Counted from the first letter of the stretch, positions 36,601-49,219 are shown. The stretch is DNA of 64,000 bases from Macrostomum lignano (GCA_002269645.1 NIVC01001628.1:88499-152498); one strand, 5' to 3'. The notes: generated from the sequence alone by a model not told the origin. Numbers and translations are program-made.

Positions 36601-39600
36601 GTTGGACCGCTTGCAGATGTAGCGCAGGACGATGCCGCACTGGTCGTCGTTCCAGAGGCCCGAGTTGGAGATGATGGAGCCGCAGTGCTCAGCGCCGCCC
36701 CAGTTGTTGGGCTCGCCGTCATTCCAGTGCAGCAGGTTCACCCCGCTGCCGTCGCTCCAGCGGTAGCCCTCGTTCTGGCCGAGCTCGTTCAGGCCGATCC
36801 AGTAGGCCGCGCTGGTGATGTGCAGCTTGCTGATCAGGCCCGTCAGGAAGTCGTTCTCCTCGAAGCTGTGGATGCTTACCAGGTCGCCTCCTTGCTCCCG
36901 GCAGGTCTTCAAGCTCTGGTGCCAGGTGAGCAGCTGGGACGAGATCAGGTAGCACGACTCGTTGAAGTACTTCCAGCCATCTCCACAGTCCGGCGCGTCC
37001 GGAGGCGTTGTGGGCTCCGGCGTGGTGCCGTTGGGATAAATTCCTTTTGGCGTCTCGCACAGCCAGTTGGTGGCCACGCTGCAGCCCTGGAGCGTCCACT
37101 TCAAGTCGCTGGGGTTGATCACCGCGCAGTTCTGGTTGTTGCCGATGTTCTCCGGCTCCTCGCCGCCGCGCCAGTTGAAGTAGGAGACCGCCTTGCCGTC
37201 CGCCCAGACGAAGCCCTGGTTGGAGTCGCGCCTGTTCAGCCCGATCCAGAAGGCGTAGAAGCCGCGCACCGTCTCGCGCAGCTTGGCGTTGGCCTCCTCG
37301 CTATTGATGGAGGCGAGGTCGCCGGCCAGCAGTTTGCACTGGGCGCGGGCCTCGGACCAGGACAGCCGGCCGGTGGACGAGCTGGCGCTGAAGGCCTTGT
37401 AGCAGGTGTTGTCGGCCTCCACCCAGCCTGGCGCGCAGTAGCCCGGGTTGTAGGTGGGAGCCAAGGTGGTGCGGCCCGGCTGCCGCGCCTGGCAGATGAA
37501 GTTCGTGTAGCGGGTCTCCTGGGACTGGCTCATCTGCCACTGCCCGGACTCTGCTGACATGGAGGCTCGGTAGCCCTGCAGGGGGACGCCAGGCTTCCAG
37601 TAGGTGAACCAGACCCGCCGGCCGTCGTCCCAGCGGAAGGTGTTGCCGGACCGGGTCAGGCCGATCCAGAAGTCGGTGCGGGCGCCGGTCTGGCTGATGC
37701 GCATGAAGAAGTGGTCCTGCACCGCCTTGCTCACGATGGTGGCCAGCGTGCCGCCGAGGTCTGCGCAGCGGGACTGCGCCTCCGCCGCGGTCAGCGCCGC
37801 GGTCCCGGTCTCGAACTTCAGGCAGTAGCCATCATGGACATCGTCGTAGTTGTCGCAGCCGTAGGGGCGCGTGATCGGCTCCGTGACCTGCACGGCAATC
37901 TGGCGCTGCTTGCAGATGAATCGGTTCAAGGCTGTGCAGCCCAGGTCGTTCCAATCTCCGTTCTGGAATGCAAATGATGAAGAAGCGCTGCTGAGAAGGC
38001 TCAGATGCAGCCAAGTGTTGCTCTCGCATGCAGCGATGCAAATTTTCGTATTGGAAATGTCAAATCGGTGCCGCTGCCTCCTGACTAAAACTGACTGACC
38101 AACTATAGAATGTCAGCAGCTAACTGATAATGTCAGTGTTTATGTCAGCAGCTAACTGATAATGTCAGTGTTTATGTCAGCAGCTAACTGATAATGTCAG
38201 TAGTTATGTCAGCAGCTAACTGATAATGTCAGTGTTTATGTCAGCAGCTAACTGATAATGTCAGAGTTTATGTCAGCAGACTCACCCAGCCGTCGCGGTT
38301 GACGGACTCCACGCAGTCCTCGCCGCTTCGATGGTTGTTCGGCTCGTTGATGTACCAGCTCGTGAAGCGGGGTGACGACCCGTCCGTCCACTGGAAGAAC
38401 ATCGTGCGCTGCATCGCCACCGTGTCGTACAGGCCGATCCAGAAGCTGACTGCGGGTTGCGGTGGGACAGTTCGGAATTATGGTTATGGCTATAACTGGC
38501 GCCACCTGACACCCAAAGCTGAGCCCTACTCACAGTCCCCCTGCTTGCGGGCCAGCTCCAGCAGGAAGGTGTGCTCAGCCGGGCTGTTCACCGAAGCCAA
38601 GTTGCCGCCCTGCATTCGGCAGGTCTGCTGGGCGACCTCCTGCGTCACCTCGTCGTTCTCGGCGCCGAACACTTTGTAGCACATGTTCTCGAAGCCCGTG
38701 TAGCCGCTGCGGCAGCCGCGGTACTGCCCGTTCGGCACCGAGATGGTCGTCGCCGGCCTCGATGTGGTGGTCGGCGCGTTGCCGTACTTCTTGCAGATCG
38801 AGGCGAACCTCTTCTCGCAGAAGGCGTCGTTGCAGTAGGCGGAGTCGGGGTAGATCGACACGCAGTTCTCCTCCGGCGTGTTCGGCTCGCCCACTGCCCA
38901 GTTCAGGAAGATGGCCGGCTCGCCGTCGTCCCAAACCCAGCGGCCCTCCATCGCGCGATCGTTGAATCCCGACCAGAAGCTGACGATGTCGGGGTTGGCA
39001 GCGACTACCTCCTGCATCCTGCTGGCGATATAGGACTTTTCCTGGGGGTCGGTTGCGTTAGGGTTGCTATGGGTTTGCATGTTGCTGAGTTCCGGGATGT
39101 GGGTGCTGCTATGGGCTTGGATGTTGTTGAGTTCCGGGATGTGGGTGTTGCTATGGGCTTGGATTTCGCTGAGTTCCGGGATGTGGGTGTTGCTATGGGC
39201 TTGGATTTCGCTGAGTTCCGGGATGTGGGTGTTGCTATGGGCTTGGATGTCGCTGAATTCCGGGATGTGGGTGTTGCTATGGGCTTGGGTGTTGCTGAGT
39301 TCCCCCGTGAAAAGTGCTGAAAGTGCTCAATCTCAGTTCTTCCCAGTTACCGTGGGAGACACGATGCTGAGCAGCTTGCCGCCCTGGTACTCGCACTGGT
39401 GCTTGGCGTCCACCCACACCATCGGCTCGGGGTTGAACAGGTAGCAGTAGTTGGACAGCAGGTCTCTGGTCCAGAACGGGCCGCAGAACGGGTCCCAGTT
39501 TAGTGAAGTAGTCGGAGGCAGAGTCGGCAGGGTGCCTCCAATGTCTGCGGAAATTGGTGGAAAAGCGGCTGCTTTTAATTGGTGCAGCGCTGCAGCTCTC

Positions 39601-42600
39601 AACAGAGCCTCGTAGCAGCACTAAATAGGCGAATTCCAAGTGAGTTTTTTCTGGACGTCAGTGGGGCATTTTCAGTGAAGTAGTGAAGTTGAAGTCTTTG
39701 GATTGGGTCAGTTAGTAGTCCTTGGAGTGCTTCATTTAGTAATTTTTGGATTGGATTAGTTAGTAGTCATTGGATTGGGCCAGTGAGTAGTTCTTGGAGT
39801 GGGTCAGTTAGTAGTCCTTGGGTTGGGCCAGTTATTAGTCCTTGGAGTGGGTCAGTTAGTAATGCTTGAAATGGGTCAGTTAGTAGTCCTTGGAGTGGGT
39901 CAGTTAGTAATGCTTGAAATGGGTCAGTTAGTAGTCCTTGGAGTGGGTCAGTTAGTAATGCTTGAAATGGGTCAGTTAGTAGTCCTTGGAGTGGGTCAGT
40001 TAGTAATGCTTGAAATGGGTCAGTTAGTAGTCCTTGGAGTGGGTCAGTTAGTAATGCTTGAAATGGGTCAGTTAGTAGTCCTTGAAGTGGGTCAGGTAGC
40101 AATCGTTGGAGTGGGTCAGCACGCAGTCCTTGAGCTCGCAGCAGTCACTCACAGGCCTTCTTCTTGCAGATGTAGGGCAGCCGGTACACGCAGCGGATGT
40201 CGTTCCACTTGCCCGACAGGTACATCTCGGCGCAGTTCTCCTCGCCCTCGAGGTTGTTCGGTTCGCCTTCGTTCCAGTTGTTGTAGTCCATGGGCGTCTC
40301 GTCCACCGTCCACATCCATCTCCGGTCCTCGCTAGTCCTGGTGTGCAAACCAATCCAGAAGTCGTGGTCTTGCAGTTGTCCTTGAATGAACTCCTGCTCG
40401 CCGCGAGACCGGATGTCGATGAGGTCGGCCGAGTGGTCGTTGCGGCAGTTGCCGCGGGCGGTCAGCCAGTCCGCGTACTTGATCTCCAGCTTGTAGCAGC
40501 TGGGGCCGTGCAGCATCCAGCCGTCATCGCAGCTGAACCGGGCTGCGGGCGAGGGATGGCATAGATATCATCAACCTCATCAACCTCATCAATCTTATCA
40601 ACCTCATCAACCTCAATCTCATCAACCTCATCAATCTCATCAACCTCATCAACCTCATCAATACTATCAACCTCATCAACCTCATCAACCTCATCAACCT
40701 CATCAACCTCATCAACCTCATCAATCTTATCAAACTCATCAACCTCAATCTCATCAACCTCACCAACCTCATCAATCTCATCAACCTCATCAATCTCATC
40801 AACCTCATCAATCTCATCAACCTCATCAATCTCATCAACCTCATTAATCTCATCAACCTCATCAACCTCATCAATCCTATCAACCTCATCAATCCTATCA
40901 ACCTCATCAACCTCATCAACCTCATCAACTCCGGCAATTTCATTGGGTCATGAGAAAGATCATTGAGAAGTAGTAATTAACCATTTGAGGTCACTGGTCA
41001 CAAGCCAGTCACAAGCCAGTCACAAGCCAGTCACAAGCCAGTCACAAGCCAGTCACAAGCCAGTCACAAGCCATTCACAAGCCAGTCACAATCCAGTCAC
41101 AAGCCAGTCACAAGCCAGTCACAATACAGTCACAAGCCAGTCACAAGCCAGTCACAAGCCAGTCACAAGCCAGTCTCCAGCCAGTCACAAGCCAGTCACA
41201 ATACAGTCACAAGCCAGTCACAAGCCAGTCACAATACAGTCACAAGCCAGTCACAAGCCAGTCACAAGCCAGTCACAAGCCAGTCACAAGCCAGTCACAA
41301 GCCAGTCACAATACAGTCACAAGCCAGTCACAATACAGTCACAAGCCAGTCACAAGCCAGTCACAAGCCAGTCACAAGCCAGTCACAAGCTAGTCACAAT
41401 ACAGTCACAAGCCAGTCACAAGCCAGTCACAAGCCAGTCACAAGCCAGTCACAAGCTAGTCACAATACAGTCACAAGCCAGTCACAAGCCAGTCACAATA
41501 CAGTCACAAGCCAGTCACAAGCCAGTCACAAGCCAGTCACAAGCCAGTCACAAGCTAGTCACAATACAGTCACAAGCCAGTCACAAGCCAGTCACAATAC
41601 AGTCACAAGCCAGTCACAAGCCAGTCTCCAGCCAGTCACAATCCAGTCTCCAGCCAGTCACAATCCAGTCTCCAGCCAGTCACAATCCAGTCTCCAGCCA
41701 GTCACAAGCCAGTCTCCAGCCAGTCACAATCCAGTCTCCAGCCAGTCACAAGCCAGTCACATGCTACTCACGCGGCTGAGGCGTGGGCACCTCCGGCACT
41801 TTGCCCAGCGGAATTTCGCACACGAAGCCGCCCATCTCGACCGGGTCGGCCGCCTGCCACTGGCCGGCCTCGCTGGATGCCACAATCCGAATAGCGTTGG
41901 CCCTGTCCGGCCGCAGGTCCGGCTGTCCGTCTGCCCAGTTCTGAAAGTACTTGGTGTACTCTCCGCCCGTGGTCCAAGCGAGTTTGTCTTTGTTTGTTGC
42001 GCCTGAGTGATTTTGGGAAATCATTAATTCCTTCATACGCTGGTAAAGTGAGCAGCTAAGTGGTGAGTCCCTGAGTTCGATTCTGTGGCTCGCCTGCGCT
42101 AGCGGTAGTGCTTTGAGAACGAGCTATCAAAAAATTGACTTACGAGTCATGCCAATCCAAATGAACTCCACGCCCTGATTCTGAAAGTCAATCTTGTACT
42201 TGTTGATGAAGTCCTGGATGTGCTTTCTGAAATGAGAAATGCGGACAGCAACTCTGTACGAGAATTGGCCCGAGTACATGCCTGACCAGGGGCGTCGCCA
42301 TGGATTTTGTGGTGGGGGGACAAAGCCAAGAATTCAACGTGTATATGACTAAATTCCTACATTTCCATTACTTTGAGAATCGGTGTTGTCAGTGCTCACT
42401 TTGGCGCCGCAGTCATTCCCTTTAGCGCCGCAGGCACCTCATTTTGGCGCCGTAGGCATTCCTTTTAGCGCCGCAGGCACTCATTTTGGCGCCGCAGGCA
42501 CTCCTTTTAGCGCCGCAGGCACTCATTTTGGCGCCGTAGGCATTCCTTTTAGCGCCGCAGGCACTCATTTTGGCGCCGCAGGCACTGCACTCATTTTAGC

Positions 42601-45600
42601 GCCGCAGGCACTCATTTTGGCGCCGCAGGCACTGCACTCATTTTAGCGCCGCAGGCGCCGCAGGTACTCATTTTAGCGCCGCAGGCACTCATTTTGGCGC
42701 CGTAGGCATTCCTTTTAGCGCCGCAGGCACTGCACTCATTTTAGCGCCGCAGGCACTCATTTTGGCGCCGCAGGCACTGCACTCATTTTAGCACCGCAGG
42801 CACTCATTTTGGCGCCGCAGGCACTGCACTCATTTTAGCGCCGCAGGTACTGCACTCATTTTAGCGCCGCAGGCACTCATTTTGGCGCCGCAGGCACTGC
42901 ACTCATTTTAGCACCGCAGGCACTCATTTTGGCGCCGCAGGCACTGCACTCATTTTAGCACCGCAGGCACTCATTTTGGCGCCGCAGGCACTGCACTCAT
43001 TTTAGCACCGCAGGCACTCATTTTGGCGCCGCAGGCACTGCACTCATTTTAGCGCCGCAGGCACTCATTTTGGCGCCGCAGGCACTGCACTCATTTTAGC
43101 GCCGCAGGCACTCATTTTGGCGCCGCAGGTACTCATTTTAGCGCCGCAGGCACTTATTTTGGCGCCGCAGGCACCAATTTCATTTTGGCGCCAAATGCGC
43201 TATATTTTGGCGCCCAGGAGAAAAATTATTGATAACCACAACGGGCTACAAGGTGGGGTGGAAGGGACATGTCCCTCCTGTCCCCCCCCCGGTAGCGGGG
43301 ATTAGAAAGGCAGGGCACTGTGTACACCCTGTGTTCTCGCAACCGTCCTGAGAATAATTACTATAGTCTTGCACTGAAGCAGCTCACTGTTTAATCTGCA
43401 GAATGGTGGAGTTGCGAGCCTTGCAGTACTGGCTGGCCTCGTCCCAGGACACCTTCTTGATGTACAGGTCGTAGCACATGTCACGGTGCTGATACCAGCC
43501 CCTCGGGCAGCTGCCCACCGAGCGCTCGCACACGAAGCCGGACCGGACCTCGGTGCAGGTCTGCGCCTGCCACGTGGTGCGGGTGACGTCTGTCCTGACT
43601 GTCTGCACGCACGTCTTGTCGATGATGTCGGGCGTGATGCTGGGCCGAGACCCGGTGCTCCAGGTCTCGTAGGTCAGGTTGGAGTCGTCCACCCAGCGCC
43701 AGGCGTAGCCGTTGGGGTCGTCGGAGTCCGCGTAGGTCCTCAAGCCGATCCAGAAGTTCGCGCTGGTGCCCTCGGACTTGCTGATGACATCGTGCACCGC
43801 CGTGTTGGTGTCCGCGTCCGGGATGACGGCGAGGTCCGACTCGTCCGCGTTGCACGTCGTCCTGTCGGTAGGGTTCAAGGTGAGGTGGACTGCTAGGCTG
43901 CACTGATAACCTGTTCTGCGGATAACCTGTTCTGTGGATAACCTGTTCTGCGGATAACCTGTTCTGTGGATAACCTGTTCTGCGGATAACCTGTTCTGCG
44001 GATAACCTGTTCTGTGGATAACCTGTTCTGCGGATAACCTGTTCTGTGGATAACCTGTTCTGCGGATAACCTGTTCTGTGGATAACCTGTTCTGCGGATA
44101 ACCTGTTCTGTGGATAACCTGTTCTGTGGATAACCTGTTCTGTGGATAACCTGTTCTGTGGATAACCTAGAGCTACAGAGGGGGCGCCAGCTACAGAGGG
44201 GGCGCCAGCTACAGAGGGGGCGCCAGCTACAGAGGGGGCGCCAGCTACAGAGGGGGCGCCAGCTACAGAGGGGGCGCCAGCTACAGAGGGGGCGCCAGCT
44301 ACAGAGGGGGCGCCAGCTACAGAGGGGCGCCAGCTACAGAGGGGCGCCAGCTACAGAGGGGGCGCCAGCTACTAGAGAGGCGCTAATTAGAGAGGAGGCG
44401 CCAGCTACAAAGGAGGCGCTAGGCGCTGATTAGAGAGGAGGCGCCAGCTACAAAGGAGGCGCTAGGCGCTGATTAGAGAGGAGGCGCCAGCTACCGAAAT
44501 ATTTCATGCTCTCAAATCATATGAAGCCAAGCTTCGCAGCTGTACCCCCTCTGTCCCCCACGCAGCTGTCCCCCTCTGTCCCCCACGCAGCTGTCCCCCT
44601 CTGTCCCCCACGCAGCTGTCCCCCTCTGTCCCCCACGCAGCTGTCCCCCTCTGTCCCCCACGCAGCTGTCCCCCTCTGTCCCCACGCAGCTGTCCCCCTC
44701 TGTCCCCCACGCAGCTGTCCCCCTCTGTCCCCACGCAGCTGTCCCCCTCTGTCCCCCACGCAGCTGTCCCCTCTGTCCCCCACGCAGCTGTCCCCCTCTG
44801 TCCCCCACGCAGCTGTCCCCCTCTGTCCCCCACGCAGCTGTCCCCCTCTGTCCCCCACGCAGCTGTCCCCCTCTGTCCCCCACGCAGCTGTCCCCCTCTG
44901 TCCCCCACGCAGCTGTCCCCCTCTGTCCCCCACGCAGCTGTCCCCCTCTGTCCCCCCACGCAGCTGTCCCCCTCTGTCCCCCACGCAGCTGTCCCCCTCT
45001 GTCCCCCACGCAGCTGTCCCCCTCTGTCCCCCACGCAGCTGTCCCCCTCTGTCCCCCACGCAGCTGTCCCCCCTGCCTGCTTTCTTATTTCGGCCATCAG
45101 AAACTTTCCCAGCTGTCCCGAACCCCCCCCCAGTCCCGGAGCCCCTCAGAAAGCGAAGTCTCACCGAGCCGTCTCCCAGTTCTGGCCCTCTTCTCCAGTC
45201 TTAAAATTGTGCACCTTGTAGCACCTGTTGTTCTGGTACATCCAGCCATTGTCCGTGTCGCAAGTTGTCACTTCCTCTGTGTGGTAGAATGGGGTCTGGT
45301 AGAATGGGGTCTGGTAGAATGGGGTCTGGTAGAATGGGGTCTGGTAGAATAGGGTCTGGTAGAATGGGGTCTGGTAGAATGGGGTCTGGTAGAATGGGGT
45401 CTGGTAGAATGGGGTCTGGTAGAATGGGGTCTGGTAGAATGGAGTCTGGTAGAATGGGGTCTGGTAGAATGGGGTCTGGTAGAATGGGGTCTGGTAGAAT
45501 GGGGTCTGGTAGAATGGGGTCTGGTAGAATGGAGTCTGGTAGAATGGGGTCTGGTAGAATGGGGTCTGGTAGAATGGGGTCTGGTAGAATGGAGTCTGGT

Positions 45601-46684
45601 AGAATGGGGTAGGTAGAATGGGATCTGGTACTCGTAGAAGGAAAAGCATATTCCAAGTTTTGGTTTGAAACCGGCCAGAGAACTCACGTTTTAACTTTTT
45701 GCAGACATATTTGTACTTGAGACTGCAGTCTTTGGGCCATACCAAGAGGAAGGAGCTTCCTCTGAACTCCCAGATTGACATGCAGTTTCCGGGCGTCGCA
45801 TCGCTGACTCCGCCAGTGAGGGGATATTTCCTGAAATTATGACCATCTTGATTGCTGATAATGCGTTTTGTTTCAAAGTAAACCAGTGGTTCGGATACGC
45901 CGTCTCTGCGACTCACAGCAGGTTTTTCTGATAGATTTTTCCCGGCTGCTCATTGCCCGTGTGGCCGTCGTCCCACTGCCAGAGCGACTCCATTGAGGAG
46001 CGAGTGAGCCCGAACCACCAGTACTTCTTGTCACCGGAGGAGCCGTAGGAGTTGATGATGCCCGCCACATAGTTCTAGAAAGCAAAGCAGCGGGGCGTGC
46101 ACAGGTCGATAGCGGGCTACTTTTGAAGGTCGAGAGGTAGGTAGGTTTTGACGGTCGGCAGGTAATGAGGTCAGGAACAGGTAATGAGGTCAGGAACAGG
46201 TAATGAGGTCAGGAACAGGTAATGAGGTCAGGAACAGGTAATGAGGTCAGGAACAGGTAATGAGGTCAGGAACAGGGCAGGTAATGAGATCAGGAACAGG
46301 GCAGGTAATGAGGTCAGGAACAGGGCAGGTAATGATTAATGGGAATGTAAACAAGGCCGCCAAGTCCTGACCCTTTCATCCTCGTCAGTAACGGACAGCA
46401 GCGAGGCGTGCTGCAGCTCGCAGGCCTTCTTGGCGTCCGCCCAGGTGCGATAATTGGCCTCGCTGTCGGACATCTGGTAGCAGAAGTTGCTGTTCGGCCG
46501 GTTGATCCAGCCAGCCGGGCACTTGCCGTCTATCTGGGCACCTGGAGATGTTGGAGAATCTGTGAGAACTCTGAGCTAAGATAGAAGTTAATTAGGCAGC
46601 TCAAAGCTTACCTGTCTGGCCAGCCAGAGCCATCAGAGCCAGCAGGCAGCAGCTCAGCGCTGATGCCACAGTCAGCAGACGCAT
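33666..46684 (-). CDS. Mannose-receptor-like type-I membrane protein with 12 C-type lectin domains, about 1925 aa, 16 exons
   Basis: complement(join(33666..33913,34282..35407,36173..36318,36405..37962,38286..38449,38534..39041,39351..39544,40153..40542,41772..42002,42144..42226,43388..43861,45165..45276,45688..45830,45917..46074,46372..46541,46612..46684)) = 5778 nt, in frame. Signal peptide MRLLTVASALSCCLLALMALA. Repeated C..GW..CY..W..A..C..L.SI..WIGL..W.DG..NW..EPN..C..WND..C..ICK modules, a Thr-rich stalk, TM segment VLVAIAVLAFLLLLAGVVAAVIIY and a tail ending GLENPSFST. The exon-15 donor is the least certain junction. Confidence 0.93.
33961..34220. repeat. 24-bp intronic minisatellite (AGGAATGGATAGGCAGAGTGGGGT)
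   Basis: Last intron of the lectin receptor. Confidence 0.95.
35600..36125 (+). mobile_element. tRNA-derived CORE-type SINE, interrupted by a hAT MITE
   Basis: Box A-like CAGCCTAATGGTTAGAG (to 35623) continues after the MITE to box B GGGTTCGATTC (about 35958-35968). Then GTGTCCTTGAGCAAGACACCTAAC..TCAGTTCACCCAGCTGTAAAATGGG, which resembles the MIR/CORE domain (recognised by eye). Confidence 0.7.
35624..35930. mobile_element. hAT (Charlie-like) MITE, 307 bp
   Basis: TIRs CAGGGGGTTGGCAAAC / GTTTGCCGACCCCTG. 8-bp TSD GGTTAGAG (35616-35623) and GGTCAGAG (35931-35938). CT-rich interior. Confidence 0.85.
38109..38280. repeat. 32-bp intronic minisatellite (TATGTCAGCAGCTAACTGATAATGTCAGTGTT)
   Basis: About 5 copies, abutting the donor at 38285. 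Confidence 0.93.
39062..39300. repeat. 42-bp intronic minisatellite (GTTGCTATGGGCTTGGATTTCGCTGAGTTCCGGGATGTGGGT)
   Basis: About 5-6 copies. Confidence 0.94.
39700..40130. repeat. 24-bp intronic minisatellite with an alternating 48-bp higher-order unit (GGGTCAGTTAGTAGTCCTTGGAGT / GGGTCAGTTAGTAATGCTTGAAAT)
   Basis: Visible alternation of two variants. Confidence 0.94.
40568..40929. repeat. 9-bp tandem repeat (ATCAACCTC)n
   Basis: Visible. Confidence 0.96.
40993..41760. repeat. 11-bp tandem repeat (AGTCACAAGCC)n
   Basis: Visible, about 70 copies. Confidence 0.97.
42402..43190. repeat. 21/26-bp GC-rich minisatellite (GGCGCCGCAGGCAC[TGCAC]TCATTTT)
   Basis: Visible; probably internal to a small element starting CAGGGGCGTCGCC at about 42286. 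Confidence 0.94.
43905..44168. repeat. 16-bp minisatellite (GATAACCTGTTCTGYG)
   Basis: Visible. Confidence 0.96.
44171..44493. repeat. 18-bp minisatellite (AGCTACAGAGGGGGCGCC), degenerating into a longer unit
   Basis: Visible. Confidence 0.94.
44537..45075. repeat. 25-bp minisatellite (CACGCAGCTGTCCCCCTCTGTCCCC)
   Basis: Visible. Confidence 0.97.
45283..45625. repeat. 15-bp minisatellite (GGTAGAATGGGGTCT)
   Basis: Visible. The YQTPF repeat ORF is intronic. Confidence 0.97.
46158..46336. repeat. 19-bp minisatellite (AGGTAATGAGGTCAGGAAC)
   Basis: Visible. Confidence 0.93.
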
Positions 46685-47191
46685 GTGAGCAGTTATGAGC
46701 AGAGGGGCAGCGTGAACGAACAATTAGAAAAAAATTGAGCTGAAATCTTTCTCAATTCCCGAGAAAACTGATGTGTGAGTCTTTTCAAATAGGGCTCAGC
46801 CACCAAGTTGTGCCAGTCCAGCTGAGCACCCGCCGCTCTCCGAGGAGCTTATCTCAGACACCAGCTCAGCACACTGTTGAGCAGGGGGGTGCTCATAGAT
46901 AAGGAAACTTTTTGTCGAAAAAACCCTTTCTCCAACTCTGTAGGGGTCAGTCAGGTTTTTCAACTCCACGAGGTGCCTCGGAGTTCAGCGAGTTGGCGTT
47001 GAAGAGAAAGTTTGGCAATTCGTGACTTTGCCGATATGGTGGCTAAGATAAGCAGGGTCTGCTGCCAACCTCACCGCAGCTGTGCTGGTGCAGGTTGTTA
47101 ACCAGTTGGACTTGCCCTGCAGATATATGTAGGTTCACGCATTTTCAATTTTTAATAACTATACTCATAGCTCAGTGCGGCTCAAGGGTCC

Positions 47192-47815
47192 ATGCAGGGC
47201 CAGCTGAAGGATCTATGTAGGGTCAGCTGAAGGATCTATGCAGGGTCAGCTGAAGGATCTATGCAGGGTCAGCTGAAGGATCTATGCAGGGTCAGCTGAA
47301 AGATCTATGCAGGGTCAGCTGAAGGATCTACGCAGGGTCAGCTGAAGAATCTTTGCAGGGTCAGCTGAAGGATCTTTGCAGGGTCAGCTGAAGGATCTAT
47401 GCAGGGTCAGCTGAAAGATCTATGCAGGGTCAGCTGAAGGATCTATGCAGGGTCAGCTGAAAGATCTATGCAGGGTCAGCTGAAGGATCTATGCAGGGTC
47501 AGCTGAAGGATCTTTGCAGGGTCAGCTGAAGGATCTTTGCAGGGTCAGCTGAAGGATCTATGTAGGGTCAGCTGAAGGATCTATGCAGGGTCAGCTGAAA
47601 GATCTATGCAGGGTCAGCTGAAGGATCTATGCAGGGTCAGCTGAAGGATCTTTGCAGGGTCAGCTGAAGGATCTATGCAGGGTCAGCTGAAGGGTCCATG
47701 CAGGGCCAGCTGAAGGATCTATGCAGGGTCAGCTGAAGGATCTTTGCAGGGTCAGCTGAAGGATCTATGCAGGGTCAGCTGAAGGATCTTTGCAGGGTCA
47801 GCTGAAGGATTTCTG
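47192..47815. repeat. 23-bp minisatellite (GCAGGGTCAGCTGAAGGATCTAT), about 27 copies
   Basis: Visible; intergenic. Confidence 0.97.
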
Positions 47816-47864
47816 CATGCTGGGTGATCGACTTTGGCAACGCCAACTGGAGCAAGAAAGATGC

Positions 47865-48156
47865 CACCAAACCAATGTGCTCACCAATCTGCCACAACAG
47901 TGTGCTCACCAATCTGTAACCCCAACAGTGAGCTCACAATCTACATGTACCACCACACCAGTGCGCTCACCAATCTGCCACACCAGTGTGCTCACCAATC
48001 TGCCACCACACCAATGTGCTCACCAATCTGCCACCACACCAGTGTGCTCACCAATCTGCCACCAAACCAGTGTGCTCACCAATCTGCCACCACACCAGTG
48101 TGCTCACCAATCTGCCACCAAACCAGTGTGCTCACCAATCTGCCACCACACCAGTG
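47865..48156. repeat. 28-bp minisatellite (CCACCACACCAGTGTGCTCACCAATCTG)
   Basis: Visible. Confidence 0.92.
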
Positions 48157-48831
48157 ACCTCAGTCGGCCTCACAATTTCGAATGCCTTTGGCTCACGTTT
48201 CAGAACATGAGCTGTTTTTCTCAAAGAAATAAACAAGTTAGAATGGCTCAACCGCGGAAATTTGGCATACTAATAACTAACAACAAAGTGTTTTTGTGAC
48301 ACAATGTGTTCCAGAGAATGCATTGCTATATTTGGCTAACACTGAAGAGATGCTATGTATGCTGCAGTGTGAGAGTTATTGGCAAAGTGTATCACAGAAC
48401 ATCATTTCAACATGCCTAACTGCACAGATTCAAAGGCAAACTACACTACTATGAGTAGCCAAGCGGAAATTTTTTGAAATTCGTTGAGTTGACGCTTAGA
48501 ATGAGTAATATTTTCCCAACTGACCAGATGCCTCAAATCCCCAATATTGACTTTGAGTAAAGTAAAAAATTCAAGCTGTCAGCCACCATTTGAGCTGGAA
48601 ATTGCTTTCAACTACTTTTTTGGCACCCAAAATCTGCCTGGAATCAAAACAGGTACAAAATAAAGAAAAGCTGACTAAAAACAACAATATACTACTTAAA
48701 TAAGACAGTAGAACAGTAGAATAGAGAGCTAGGGGGCTGTTAGTTTTGACACAAAGTCGAAGGGCCTGAGCTGACAGCTAAGAGTGCAAGGCTGGTCGTG
48801 AATGTGAATTAGAAGCAAGTAACAGAGGCAA

Positions 48832-49165
48832 CAGGGTCACTCTTAGTGGGTCAGCGGGGTCACCCTTAGTGGGTCAGCGGGGTCACTCTTGGTGGGTCAA
48901 CAGGGTCACTTTTAGTGGGTCAGAGGGGTCACTTTTGAAGGGTCAACAGGGTCATCTTACTGGGTCAACAGGGTCACCCTTAGTGGGTCACCGGGTCACT
49001 CTTAGTGGTTCAACAGGGTCACTTTTAGTGGGTCAATGAAGTCACTTTTGTGGGTGAAAAGGGTCACTGTTAGTGGGTCAGATGGGTCACTCTTCGTGGG
49101 TCAACAGGGTCACTCTTAGTGGGTCAACAGGGTCACTATTAGTGGGTCAACAGGGTCAGTTAGAG
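48832..49165. repeat. Degenerate 23-bp minisatellite (GTGGGTCAACAGGGTCACTCTTA)
   Basis: Visible; just downstream of the PIGB stop. Confidence 0.9.
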
Positions 49166-49219
49166 TCAACAGTGTCAGTTGGTGGGTCAGCTGCTTCAAT
49201 CCAAGCGGGTCAGCCGCGG

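Noticed and set aside
36394-37557. 387-aa plus-strand ORF (also 34517-35152, 38571-39320, 49073-49939, 50832-51554, 318-935)
   Set aside because: These are antisense shadows of GC3-rich real exons on the minus strand, with no recognisable motifs.
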